Shown: positions 1 through 7,971 of the stretch, one piece after another | How the letters are laid out: each line of letters starts with the position of its first letter | Numbering within the stretch: position 1 is the stretch's first letter | Source of the DNA: Acholeplasmataceae bacterium | GTDB taxonomy: Bacteria; Bacillota_I; Bacilli_A; ML615J-28; CAG-313 | Length of the DNA: 64,000 nt | Direction of reading: 5' to 3' | NCBI GenBank assembly: GCA_012838545.1 | Contig: DUPC01000031.1 | Coordinates: 34,148-98,147 of the forward strand | Position numbers and translations under genes: made by a program | Notes under the pieces: model-generated | What the model saw: the letters and a program-made list of their open reading frames with translations, nothing else | Told to the model about the DNA's origin: nothing | Databases searched by the model: none

Positions 1-545
1 CTGCCGGCGGTGTCAAAGGGATTCAAATTGACAGAGGACATCACGCCATCGGCATGGTTGTTGTCAACAGCGAAGACGAAGAAATCATGATAATTACTAC
101 CAACGGTTACGGAAAACGAACCAGCGTCAAAGAATTCAAATCGAAAGGACGCAACGGAAAAGGCGTTAAATTTATCGATATCACCGAAAAGAACGGTCAA
201 CCTGCCTGCATGAAGTTGGTTCAAGGCGAAGATGACTTGATTGTTATAACCGATAATGGAATGGTTATCCGCACCAATCTTGAACAAATATCGACCATTG
301 GACGAGATACGCAAGGAGTAAGGATTATCACCCTCAATGAAGGCAATACCGTAGCATCGATTGCGATAGTTCCTAAGAACGATGACAATAACCGCGAAGA
401 GGAAGATGAAGAAAACGAAGAAGATCTTCACATTCTGGAAAGTATTCGCCACCTTGATGAAGTGGATGACGGAACAGACGATCATAACGGATACGAAGAT
501 TATACTGAAGAAAAATCCGAGGAACAAGAAGATATTTCCGAATAA
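1..545 (+). CDS. gyrA: DNA gyrase subunit A, C-terminal part (5' end lies outside the window)
   Basis: The frame is open from the window start. The beta-pinwheel CTD motifs GYGKRTS and QGVRII are followed by a long acidic Glu/Asp tail. The gene sits upstream of serS. Confidence 0.8.
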   Translation, partial: AGGVKGIQIDRGHHAIGMVVVNSEDEEIMIITTNGYGKRTSVKEFKSKGRNGKGVKFIDITEKNGQPACMKLVQGEDDLIVITDNGMVIRTNLEQISTIGRDTQGVRIITLNEGNTVASIAIVPKNDDNNREEEDEENEEDLHILESIRHLDEVDDGTDDHNGYEDYTEEKSEEQEDISE

Positions 546-575
546 GCCAAAAATGCTGATTCGCGGATTAAATCC

Positions 576-604
576 TTGACATCCGAAACAAAAGGTTATA
601 TAAT
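576..604 (+). promoter_or_regulatory. sigma-A type promoter for the serS leader
   Basis: TTGACA at 576-581, a 17-nt spacer, then TATAAT at 599-604. Confidence 0.5.
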
Positions 605-855
605 TTAACAAACCGAAGAAGTGGATAAGTAGCGAAAGAATCGTTTTTTAAGAGAGTCAGTGGTTGGTGGAAACTGATATAACGGCTTTTGGCGAATCTA
701 CCACGGAGGCGAACTCGAAAGATGTTCCGGCCGCAAACCGTTATCTTTGTTAAAGGCGAGAATAGATTTTTTTAAAAACTATTCTAACCAGGGTGGTACC
801 GCGGATTTTAAAAGTTCGTCCCTGTGCAAGTCGTTTGCACAGGGTTTTTTTGTAT
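600..855 (+). promoter_or_regulatory. T-box riboswitch leader (tRNA-sensing antiterminator) of serS
   Basis: An AGAGAG box lies near 651 and a GGTGGAAACTGA distal-loop-like element near 668. The conserved T-box sequence AACCAGGGTGGTACCGCGG is at 786-804. It is followed by the intrinsic terminator hairpin CCCTGTGCAAgtcgTTTGCACAGGG plus a T-run at 819-853. A candidate Ser specifier codon AGC is at 631-633. Confidence 0.7.
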
Positions 856-899
856 TTAATTTCCGTAATCAGCAAAAATAAGAAAAGGAGTGAGTGTCA

Positions 900-2177
900 A
901 TGGTAGATATTAAGTTAATCAGAGAAGATGTAGAAACAGTCATTAAAAGATTGGAAACCCGTGGCGGAGACTACAATTATTTAAGAACGGTTTATCAGCT
1001 GGATGAAGAAAGAAGAAAACTTTTAACAAAAGTCGAAACTTTGAAAAACGAACGGAACGAAAAAAGCCGTTTGATTGGAATCATGAAACGCGAAAAACAA
1101 GATACCAGTGAAATAATGGCAAGCGTGGGAACTATCGGCGAAGTAATCAAAGTAATGGAAGAAAAAGTCAAAAATCTGGAAAAACAGATTTATGATTTTA
1201 TGATGATTACACCGAATTTGGTTTCCGAAACCGTGAAAATCGGCAAAGATGAAACAGAGAATCGGGAAGTACGCCGTTTCTTGGAACCGACTAAGTTTGA
1301 TTTTACTCCTGCAGATCACACCACATTGGGCGAAAAATTGGATATCCTTGATTTTTCCCGCGCCGCAAAAATCACCGGAACGCGTTTCGTCGTTTATAAA
1401 GGTCTTGGCGCAAGACTCGAAAGAGCTTTGATTCAATTTATGATGGATTTGCATGCCAACAAGCAAAACTACGTGGAAATTATTCCACCGTTTATCGTCA
1501 ACCGGGCCAGCATGCTCGGAACCGGACAATTCCCAAAATTCGAAGAAGACGCGTTTGCGGTGGGGGAAAAAGAACTGGATTGGTTCTTGAATCCGACAGC
1601 GGAGGTTCCGACAATCAATATGCATCGCGATGAAATTATTGACGGTGCAGTGCTTCCTTTGAAATACACTTCCTTTACCACGGCTTTTCGCGCCGAAGCG
1701 GGAAGTGCCGGAAAAGATACCCGGGGTATTTTAAGACAACACCAATTCAACAAAGTCGAATTGATTAAAATTACCAAACCGGAAGAATCTTACGAGGAAC
1801 TCGAAAAAATGTTGTTGGATTCCGAAGAAGTACTGAAATTATTGGAAATACCTTATCGGGTTGTGGAACTTTGCACAGGCGACATGGGATTTGCCATGGC
1901 CAAAACCTATGATATTGAAGTATGGTTGCCCGGACAAAACACTTATCGCGAAATCGGATCGATTAGCAATGCGGAAGACTATCAGGCAAGACGGTCCAAC
2001 ATCCGTTTCCGTCGCACCAAGGACAGCAAAACCGAATATGTTCATACATTGAACGGCTCCGGATTGGCGGTTGGAAGAACCGTAATAGCGGTAATGGAAA
2101 ATTACCAACAAGCCGACGGCACCATCAAGGTTCCTAAAGTCTTGGTTCCATATATGGGTGTTGAATACATCAAATAA
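900..2177 (+). CDS. serS: seryl-tRNA synthetase
   Basis: The protein has the class II aaRS SerS N-terminal coiled coil and catalytic core. The RBS AAAAGGAG is at 883-890. The ORF track starts at GTG 894, but ATG 900 has better spacing. Confidence 0.93.
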   Translation: MVDIKLIREDVETVIKRLETRGGDYNYLRTVYQLDEERRKLLTKVETLKNERNEKSRLIGIMKREKQDTSEIMASVGTIGEVIKVMEEKVKNLEKQIYDFMMITPNLVSETVKIGKDETENREVRRFLEPTKFDFTPADHTTLGEKLDILDFSRAAKITGTRFVVYKGLGARLERALIQFMMDLHANKQNYVEIIPPFIVNRASMLGTGQFPKFEEDAFAVGEKELDWFLNPTAEVPTINMHRDEIIDGAVLPLKYTSFTTAFRAEAGSAGKDTRGILRQHQFNKVELIKITKPEESYEELEKMLLDSEEVLKLLEIPYRVVELCTGDMGFAMAKTYDIEVWLPGQNTYREIGSISNAEDYQARRSNIRFRRTKDSKTEYVHTLNGSGLAVGRTVIAVMENYQQADGTIKVPKVLVPYMGVEYIK

Positions 2178-2206
2178 AAAAAGCCCTGAAAAAGGGCTTT
2201 AATTTG
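2175..2206. terminator. bidirectional intrinsic terminator between serS and the HIT gene
   Basis: Hairpin AAGCCCTgaaaAGGGCTT flanked by an A-run on one side and a T-run on the other. Confidence 0.6.
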
Positions 2207-2614
2207 CTATTTTGCAATATTTTCGTACAGTTTTTTTAGTTCGGCCATATCAGCGGGTTTATGCGGTTTACTAAATGAGATGCCGTCATTTTCATAACGT
2301 GGTAAAATATGCATGTGGAAATGAGGGACTTCTTGTCCTGCAAGAGATCCGCTGTTGTTTAACAAATTAAAATTAGTCACGCCAAGCTTGGTTTTTAAAA
2401 TATTTGTTACTTCAAGGGTAGCTTCAGCTATTTCTTTGGCAATGTCCGGAGTTAGACTTAATAAATCCTGATAGTGTTTTTTGGGAATTACAAGGGTATG
2501 GCCTTTGGTTACTTGCGAAATATCCAAAAAAGCCAGAGTGTTGGATGTCTCATGAATTTTAAAACAAGGAATTTCATTGTTTACAATTTTGCAAAATACA
2601 CACATCGCAATCAA
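2207..2614 (-). CDS. HIT family (histidine triad) nucleotide hydrolase
   Basis: Contains the HIT signature HFHMHILPR, with an N-terminal CVFCKI motif. Confidence 0.85.
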   Translation of the reverse strand: MIAMCVFCKIVNNEIPCFKIHETSNTLAFLDISQVTKGHTLVIPKKHYQDLLSLTPDIAKEIAEATLEVTNILKTKLGVTNFNLLNNSGSLAGQEVPHFHMHILPRYENDGISFSKPHKPADMAELKKLYENIAK

Positions 2615-2695
2615 TCCTTTCTTTTGCTATCGATATAACCATTGTAGCAAAAATCAGCAAAAATATAAAGAATAACGATAAATAGGTGATAAAAA

Positions 2696-3253
2696 ATGCA
2701 TCCAGATAAAAAAATCAAAAATACCATTATAATAGCCTTGTTTATAGCGTTGGGAGCTGTTTTTTCATATTTCGACGGTATTATCTCAAGCGCAATCCTA
2801 AGCCTGATGGGTCCGGTTGCATTTTTGGTACCCAATTTTAAATTTGGTTTTGCCAACATTGTTATTTTGATTCTTTTATATAATTACAAATTTAAAGAAT
2901 GCGTTTTTGCGATTTTTTTAAAAACGATGTTAGTGGCTTTAATTTTAGGACGTGGTCCTTTAAATTTTATACTCAGTTTGTCTGGTTCGATGCTCAGCTT
3001 TTTTGGAATGTGGTTTTTGAAAAAATTATTGCCGGGCGTAAAAAACATGACTTTTGTCAGCGCCATGGGAGGTTTTTTGCATATAATCGGTCAATTAGGA
3101 GCAATTTTTTTAATTTTGGATCCAGCTAATTTTGAGACGATTTTGATATATTCTCCGACATTCATTTTATCCGGTTTCTTAACCGGAATACTTGTGGGAA
3201 TCTTGACCAAAAAAGTAAATGCAAGTGTAATTCAACACTTGCAAAACGACTAA
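2696..3253 (+). CDS. small polytopic membrane protein, probably Gx transporter family (heptaprenyl-diphosphate-synthase-component-I-like)
   Basis: 185 aa with about 5-6 TM segments. The motifs GFANIV, SLSGSML..GMWFLKK and SAMGGFLHIIGQLG recall Gx transporter / ECF S-component-like proteins. The assignment rests on pattern recall only. Confidence 0.4.
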   Translation: MHPDKKIKNTIIIALFIALGAVFSYFDGIISSAILSLMGPVAFLVPNFKFGFANIVILILLYNYKFKECVFAIFLKTMLVALILGRGPLNFILSLSGSMLSFFGMWFLKKLLPGVKNMTFVSAMGGFLHIIGQLGAIFLILDPANFETILIYSPTFILSGFLTGILVGILTKKVNASVIQHLQND

Positions 3254-3256
3254 AAG

Positions 3257-3646
3257 TTAGAAACGGATGTAATCGATGTCCCCTTCAAATGTAACGTAGG
3301 ACAAATAAATCAATAACAAGAGATATGTAGTGTTGGTTTGGTTGTCGCGCAAGATCAAATGATCTCTGCCCGATTCCAAAATTTCGCCTTTGAATATCTT
3401 AGAACCCCATTGACTGCCTTCGAAATTCATGTACACGACGGCAGTTTTTCCGCGATTTAACCGCAAAATATTTTCAATGAACGATTGTTCAAAGAATTGA
3501 GCTCCGCCGATAGGGGGCTGTGGGAATTGTTGGGGAAAAAAAGGAACATTCATGCTGGGAAAAGGTTGACCCGTTTGCGCCCCAAAAGGACTGACCGGAA
3601 TTCCGGGGCCGAATTGACCCCAAGGTTGTTGATAGTTAATCGTCAT
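3257..3646 (-). CDS. gerQ: spore coat protein GerQ-like
   Basis: A Gln/Pro-rich N-terminus (QQPWGQFGPG..PFPSM..FPQQFPQPP) is followed by a C-terminal block IENILRLNRGKTAVVYMNFEGSQWGSKIFKGEILESGRDHLIL..YLLLLIYLSYVTFE typical of GerQ. The gene lies immediately downstream of cwlJ, as in the B. subtilis cwlJ-gerQ operon. Confidence 0.55.
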   Translation of the reverse strand: MTINYQQPWGQFGPGIPVSPFGAQTGQPFPSMNVPFFPQQFPQPPIGGAQFFEQSFIENILRLNRGKTAVVYMNFEGSQWGSKIFKGEILESGRDHLILRDNQTNTTYLLLLIYLSYVTFEGDIDYIRF

Positions 3647-3738
3647 TTTTTCATCGCCTTGAATAATACTTTCAAGTAAACTCCTTTCTTTGTTTGATTA
3701 TTTCGGTAATATATATGTGTATTTAGGTAAAATTATGC

Positions 3739-4161
3739 TTAAGCGAAACACCTTTCGCTTTCGACAGGCGCATAAAAACAGTGGGCTTTATAACGGCCGC
3801 TGTTCCACTGGCCGAACCATTGGGCGGAACAATCCGCGTTCCCTGCATTGTAAAACCACAGCGCGAAGGTTGCGGGGCGAAATTTTTCACCTTGAATGGC
3901 TCTTCTGGCCAACTTGATTTCGTTTTCTCTTGCAGCTTGGTAAAAATAGGAATGAAGCGTGGATTCGAAACCGCCGGGTCGTTGATAGACCATTTGCTGG
4001 ATAGTGCGGATATTGCGAAAATCCAAACAATTGGCCAAGACGCGGTTAACGCCAACGTTAGCCACCATTAACATCCCGAGATTTCCCTCGGCTTCGGCTT
4101 CGGCACGGATTAAGCGCGCCAAAAGCTCGACTTCTTTTTCGTTATGAGCGATAACAGCCAT
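3739..4161 (-). CDS. cwlJ: spore cortex-lytic cell wall hydrolase CwlJ (SleB/CwlJ Hydrolase_2 family)
   Basis: MAVIAHNEKEVELLARLIRAEAEAEG..VANVGVNR resembles the B. subtilis CwlJ N-terminus. Start is taken at the internal Met at 4161, which has the RBS GAAGGAAAA. The ORF track's upstream extension has no RBS. Confidence 0.8.
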   Translation of the reverse strand: MAVIAHNEKEVELLARLIRAEAEAEGNLGMLMVANVGVNRVLANCLDFRNIRTIQQMVYQRPGGFESTLHSYFYQAARENEIKLARRAIQGEKFRPATFALWFYNAGNADCSAQWFGQWNSGRYKAHCFYAPVESERCFA

Positions 4162-4241
4162 TGTTTTCCTTCTTTCTTTTCTTTTTTCTATTAACCATAT
4201 TATGAAAAAAGTCCTTGTATTATGAAATATTTTTACAACAA

Positions 4242-4270
4242 TTGCAATTATTCCCATTTTAACGTATACT
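4242..4270 (+). promoter_or_regulatory. sigma-A type promoter for ppa
   Basis: TTGCAA at 4242-4247, a 17-nt spacer, then TATACT at 4265-4270. Confidence 0.4.
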
Positions 4271-4302
4271 TATTATAGTGAATTTAAAAGTGAGGTAAGA
4301 TT

Positions 4303-4851
4303 ATGAATATTTGGCACGACATGAGAGAAGAAAGAATTACCCCTGAAAGTTTTATTGCGGTGATAGAAATATCCAAAGGCAGTAAAAAGAAATATGAGTT
4401 GGACAAAGAAACCGGTCTTTTGATTTTGGACCGAATCCTTTATACTTCAACCCATTATCCCGCAAACTACGGCTTTATTCCGCGCACTTATGCCAAGGAC
4501 TTGGATCCACTTGATGTCTTGGTTTTATGCAGCGAGGAATTGGAACCGTTAAGCATGGTCAGATGCTATCCGGTGGGAGTAATCAGAATGATTGACGAAG
4601 AACAGGAGGACCATAAAATAATTGCGATACCGTTTGATGACCCAAACTGGAACTATTATCACGAATTAATCGAACTTCCTCCGCATTTAAGTCAAGAGGT
4701 TGAACATTTTTTTCAGGTATATAAAAATTTGGAACACAAAGAAACCACCGGTTTTGAAGTATTAGGAAGAAAAGAAGCCCTTCGGATTATCGAAGAAAGT
4801 ATTGTAAGTTACCAAAATGTATTTGTTAAAAATCAAAAAAACGGAAAATAA
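4303..4851 (+). CDS. ppa: inorganic pyrophosphatase (family I)
   Basis: Family I PPase motifs are present: ISKGSKKKYELDKETG and DPLDVLVL. Confidence 0.9.
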   Translation: MNIWHDMREERITPESFIAVIEISKGSKKKYELDKETGLLILDRILYTSTHYPANYGFIPRTYAKDLDPLDVLVLCSEELEPLSMVRCYPVGVIRMIDEEQEDHKIIAIPFDDPNWNYYHELIELPPHLSQEVEHFFQVYKNLEHKETTGFEVLGRKEALRIIEESIVSYQNVFVKNQKNGK

Positions 4852-4871
4852 ATTTTAAGGGAGGAAAAACA

Positions 4872-6539
4872 ATGCGTTCCGATATTGAAATAGCGAACAG
4901 CGCCAAAATGGAAAAAATCTCTCACATTGCCCATAAGATTGGAATCGGTGAGGATGAAATCGAACTATACGGGAGTAACAAAGCCAAACTAAGCACAGGT
5001 TTGTTAAAACGTATTGAAAACAATTCTGACGGCAACTTGATTTTGGTTAGTGCGATGACGCCGACTCCGCTGGGGGAAGGAAAATCAACTACCACGGTTG
5101 GGTTGGTCGATGCACTATGGAAACTAGGTAAAAAAACGATTGGCACCTTAAGAGAACCGTCTTTGGGACCGGTATTCGGGTTAAAAGGCGGTGCAGCGGG
5201 CGGTGGATTTGCCCAAGTCAATCCGATGGTTGATTTGAATCTTCATTTTACCGGCGATTTGCATGCCATTACTTGCGCCAATAATTTAATCAGTGCTTGC
5301 ATTGACAATCATATATACCAAGGCAATGAATTGGGAATCGATCCCAAACGCATCGTTTGGCAACGTTGCATGGATTTAAACGACCGGGCGCTGAGAAACG
5401 TAATTGTGGGCTTAGGCGCCCCTACCGACGGAGTGGTACGTCCGGAACGGTTTAATATTACTGTAGCAAGCGAAATCATGGCTATATTGTGTTTGGCCCG
5501 CGACATTGACGATTTACGTTCGCGAGTCGACCGTTTAATTATCGGCTACACCTATGATAGAAAACAGGTCACTGTAAAAGATTTGGGAATCACGGGTTCG
5601 GTATTGGTGGTTTTGAAAGACGCGATGAAACCGAATCTTGTGCAAACCTTGGAAAACAATCCGGTTTTGGTCCACGGGGGACCGTTTGCGAATATTGCTC
5701 ACGGCTGCAATTCGATTATAGCTACCAAAGCGGCTTTGAAATTGGCTGATTACGTGGTGACGGAAGCCGGTTTCGGTGCAGACTTGGGTGCGGAAAAGTT
5801 TTTAGATATTAAATGTCGGGTTGCCGGGGTCAAACCAAGCGCAGTTGTTATCGTCGCAACTATCAAAGCCTTAAAATACCATGGCAAAGTCAAAGTGCAA
5901 GACGTTCAAAAAGAAAACGTCGAAGCAATGATGCAAGGACTAGCCAATTTGGAAAAACATATTGATACGATTAAACAATTCAATCTTCCGTATGTCATAT
6001 CACTTAACCGTTTTTCCAGCGATACCCCTTGGGAAATCAATCAATTGCTCGAATGGGCAAATAACAACAATCATCCGCTTGCCATCAGCGAAGTGTGGGC
6101 AAAAGGCGGAGAGGGCGGCATCGATTTGGCAAAAAAAGTATTGGAAGCATGCGACAAAAACCAAACTTACGAACCGCTTTATACGCTTGACGAAAGTGTC
6201 AAAGAAAAGATTCAAAAAATTGCCTATACTTGTTATGGCGCCAACAAAGTAGTCTTTACCGACGAAGCCGAAAAAGTAATCAAACAAGTTAAAAACACTG
6301 ATTATCAAAACTTCTATATATGTATGGCTAAAACACCGTTATCCTTAACGGACAATCCTAAACTGGTTGGAGCGCCCAAAGGGTTTACCGTAACAATCAG
6401 AGAAATTAGAATTTCCGCGGGAGCACAGTTTTTGGTTTGTTTAACGGGCGACGTCATGACGATGCCGGGACTTCCGAAAAAACCTAATGCCATCAAAATC
6501 GATATCGACAACAATTACGAAATATACAATTTATCTTAA
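4872..6539 (+). CDS. fhs: formate--tetrahydrofolate ligase
   Basis: 555 aa. Contains the FTHFS P-loop TPLGEGKSTTTVGL and is homologous along its full length. Confidence 0.95.
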   Translation: MRSDIEIANSAKMEKISHIAHKIGIGEDEIELYGSNKAKLSTGLLKRIENNSDGNLILVSAMTPTPLGEGKSTTTVGLVDALWKLGKKTIGTLREPSLGPVFGLKGGAAGGGFAQVNPMVDLNLHFTGDLHAITCANNLISACIDNHIYQGNELGIDPKRIVWQRCMDLNDRALRNVIVGLGAPTDGVVRPERFNITVASEIMAILCLARDIDDLRSRVDRLIIGYTYDRKQVTVKDLGITGSVLVVLKDAMKPNLVQTLENNPVLVHGGPFANIAHGCNSIIATKAALKLADYVVTEAGFGADLGAEKFLDIKCRVAGVKPSAVVIVATIKALKYHGKVKVQDVQKENVEAMMQGLANLEKHIDTIKQFNLPYVISLNRFSSDTPWEINQLLEWANNNNHPLAISEVWAKGGEGGIDLAKKVLEACDKNQTYEPLYTLDESVKEKIQKIAYTCYGANKVVFTDEAEKVIKQVKNTDYQNFYICMAKTPLSLTDNPKLVGAPKGFTVTIREIRISAGAQFLVCLTGDVMTMPGLPKKPNAIKIDIDNNYEIYNLS

Positions 6540-6550
6540 TGTAGGAGGTT

Positions 6551-7414
6551 ATGATAATGACTATTTTAGACGGAAAATCCTTAAGCAACAAAATCAAAGG
6601 CGAACTAAAAGCCAAAGTTAGCGCTTTGGTGGAACAGTACCAAGTAAAACCAGGTATGGCGATTGTCGAAGTTGGCAATGATACAGCCAGCGAAATATAT
6701 GTGCGAAACAAAGTAAGAGCCGCAAACTTCGTCGGCATTAACGCTCGATTAATTAAGAAGGACTCCTCCATTTCGCAGGAAGAATTGTTGAAATTAATTG
6801 ACGAACTGAACGCCGACGAAGGGATTCACGGAATAATTGTGCAGTTGCCGCTTCCCAAACACATGGACGAAAGAGTCGTAATAGACAGAATCGATCCAAA
6901 TAAGGATATTGACGGATTCGGCATTTTAAACAAAGGCAAACTATTTAGCGGAATGAAATGTTTTCAACCGGCTACGCCCCTCGGAATCATTAAATTGCTT
7001 GACGCTTACAATATCGAATTAAAAGGCAAAGAAGCCGTTGTGGTGGGAAGAAGCAATATTGTGGGTAAACCGATGGGTATGATGCTTTTGTTGCGTGATG
7101 CCACTGTGACGATTGCGCACCGCTATACTGTGGATTTGAAAAAAATCACCAAAGAAGCCGATATATTGGTTGTGGCGGTAGGAAAGAAAGATTTGATTAC
7201 TGCCGACATGGTTAAACCCCGCGCTGTAATCGTGGATGTGGGAATCAACCGCGACGGAGACAAGATTTGCGGGGACGTGGATTTTGAAAATGTTTCGAAG
7301 GTTGCTTCATATATCACTCCCGTTCCGGGAGGTGTGGGACCGTTGACGATTGCGGCGTTGCTTGATAACACGGTGAAAGCCTACGAACAAAAGATGCAAG
7401 GGTTAACTTTATGA
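6551..7414 (+). CDS. folD: bifunctional 5,10-methylene-THF dehydrogenase/cyclohydrolase
   Basis: 287 aa. FolD motifs are present (ILDGK, GRSNIVGKPM), and the gene is adjacent to fhs. Confidence 0.95.
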   Translation: MIMTILDGKSLSNKIKGELKAKVSALVEQYQVKPGMAIVEVGNDTASEIYVRNKVRAANFVGINARLIKKDSSISQEELLKLIDELNADEGIHGIIVQLPLPKHMDERVVIDRIDPNKDIDGFGILNKGKLFSGMKCFQPATPLGIIKLLDAYNIELKGKEAVVVGRSNIVGKPMGMMLLLRDATVTIAHRYTVDLKKITKEADILVVAVGKKDLITADMVKPRAVIVDVGINRDGDKICGDVDFENVSKVASYITPVPGGVGPLTIAALLDNTVKAYEQKMQGLTL

Positions 7415-7965
7415 TAGTTGTCGGACTAGGTAATCCGGGCAAAGAATATGCCCAAACCCGTCACAATGTCGGTTTTATGTTTGTTGACAGGATTGCCAAA
7501 TATTACAATTGGACCTTTAAATTAGAAAAAAAATTTCAAAGTTTCATCTCAACCGGAACGCTTAATGGTGAAAAAATCATTTTGGTAAAGCCAATCACAT
7601 ATATGAACAATTCCGGATTGGCCGTAAGAAGCATAGTTGATTATCATAAGGCTACGCCGGATGATGTTTTGGTTGTTTATGACGATATGGATTTGCCGCT
7701 TGCGATAATCAGAATCCGCTTAAGCGGATCAAGCGGCGGCCACAAAGGCATGAAATCGGTGATCGAACATATGGGAACGGAAGAAATCAAACGGATTCGT
7801 CTTGGAATCAGCTATGACCACAGCGATGTTATCGATTATGTTTTAACTCCCTTTTCCAAAACCGAATTTTCCCAAATGGAATCTGTTTTGGATAAAGCCC
7901 CTTTAATCATTGCAGACTATTTGGAAAAAGGAATAGATTTTGTAATGAACAATTATAATGGATAG
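7411..7965 (+). CDS. pth: peptidyl-tRNA hydrolase
   Basis: VGLGNPGKEY..HNVGF motif. Gene order pth-mfd-spoVT matches B. subtilis. Confidence 0.95.
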   Translation: MIVVGLGNPGKEYAQTRHNVGFMFVDRIAKYYNWTFKLEKKFQSFISTGTLNGEKIILVKPITYMNNSGLAVRSIVDYHKATPDDVLVVYDDMDLPLAIIRIRLSGSSGGHKGMKSVIEHMGTEEIKRIRLGISYDHSDVIDYVLTPFSKTEFSQMESVLDKAPLIIADYLEKGIDFVMNNYNG

Positions 7966-7971
7966 TGAACT

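Noticed and set aside
382-579. 65-aa + strand ORF overlapping the gyrA acidic tail in another frame
   Set aside because: It is an out-of-frame overlap with the conserved gyrA C-terminus and has no RBS. It is a shadow ORF.
1023-1625. 200-aa minus-strand ORF inside serS, with the other antisense ORFs 1469..1777 and 1839..2111
   Set aside because: They are fully embedded antisense to a highly conserved serS coding region. They have no RBS and low-complexity, stop-poor composition typical of shadow ORFs.
3690-4071. ORFs 3690..3917 (+) and 3781..4071 (+) opposite cwlJ
   Set aside because: They are antisense to the CwlJ/SleB hydrolase domain, which has clear homology, and have no RBS.
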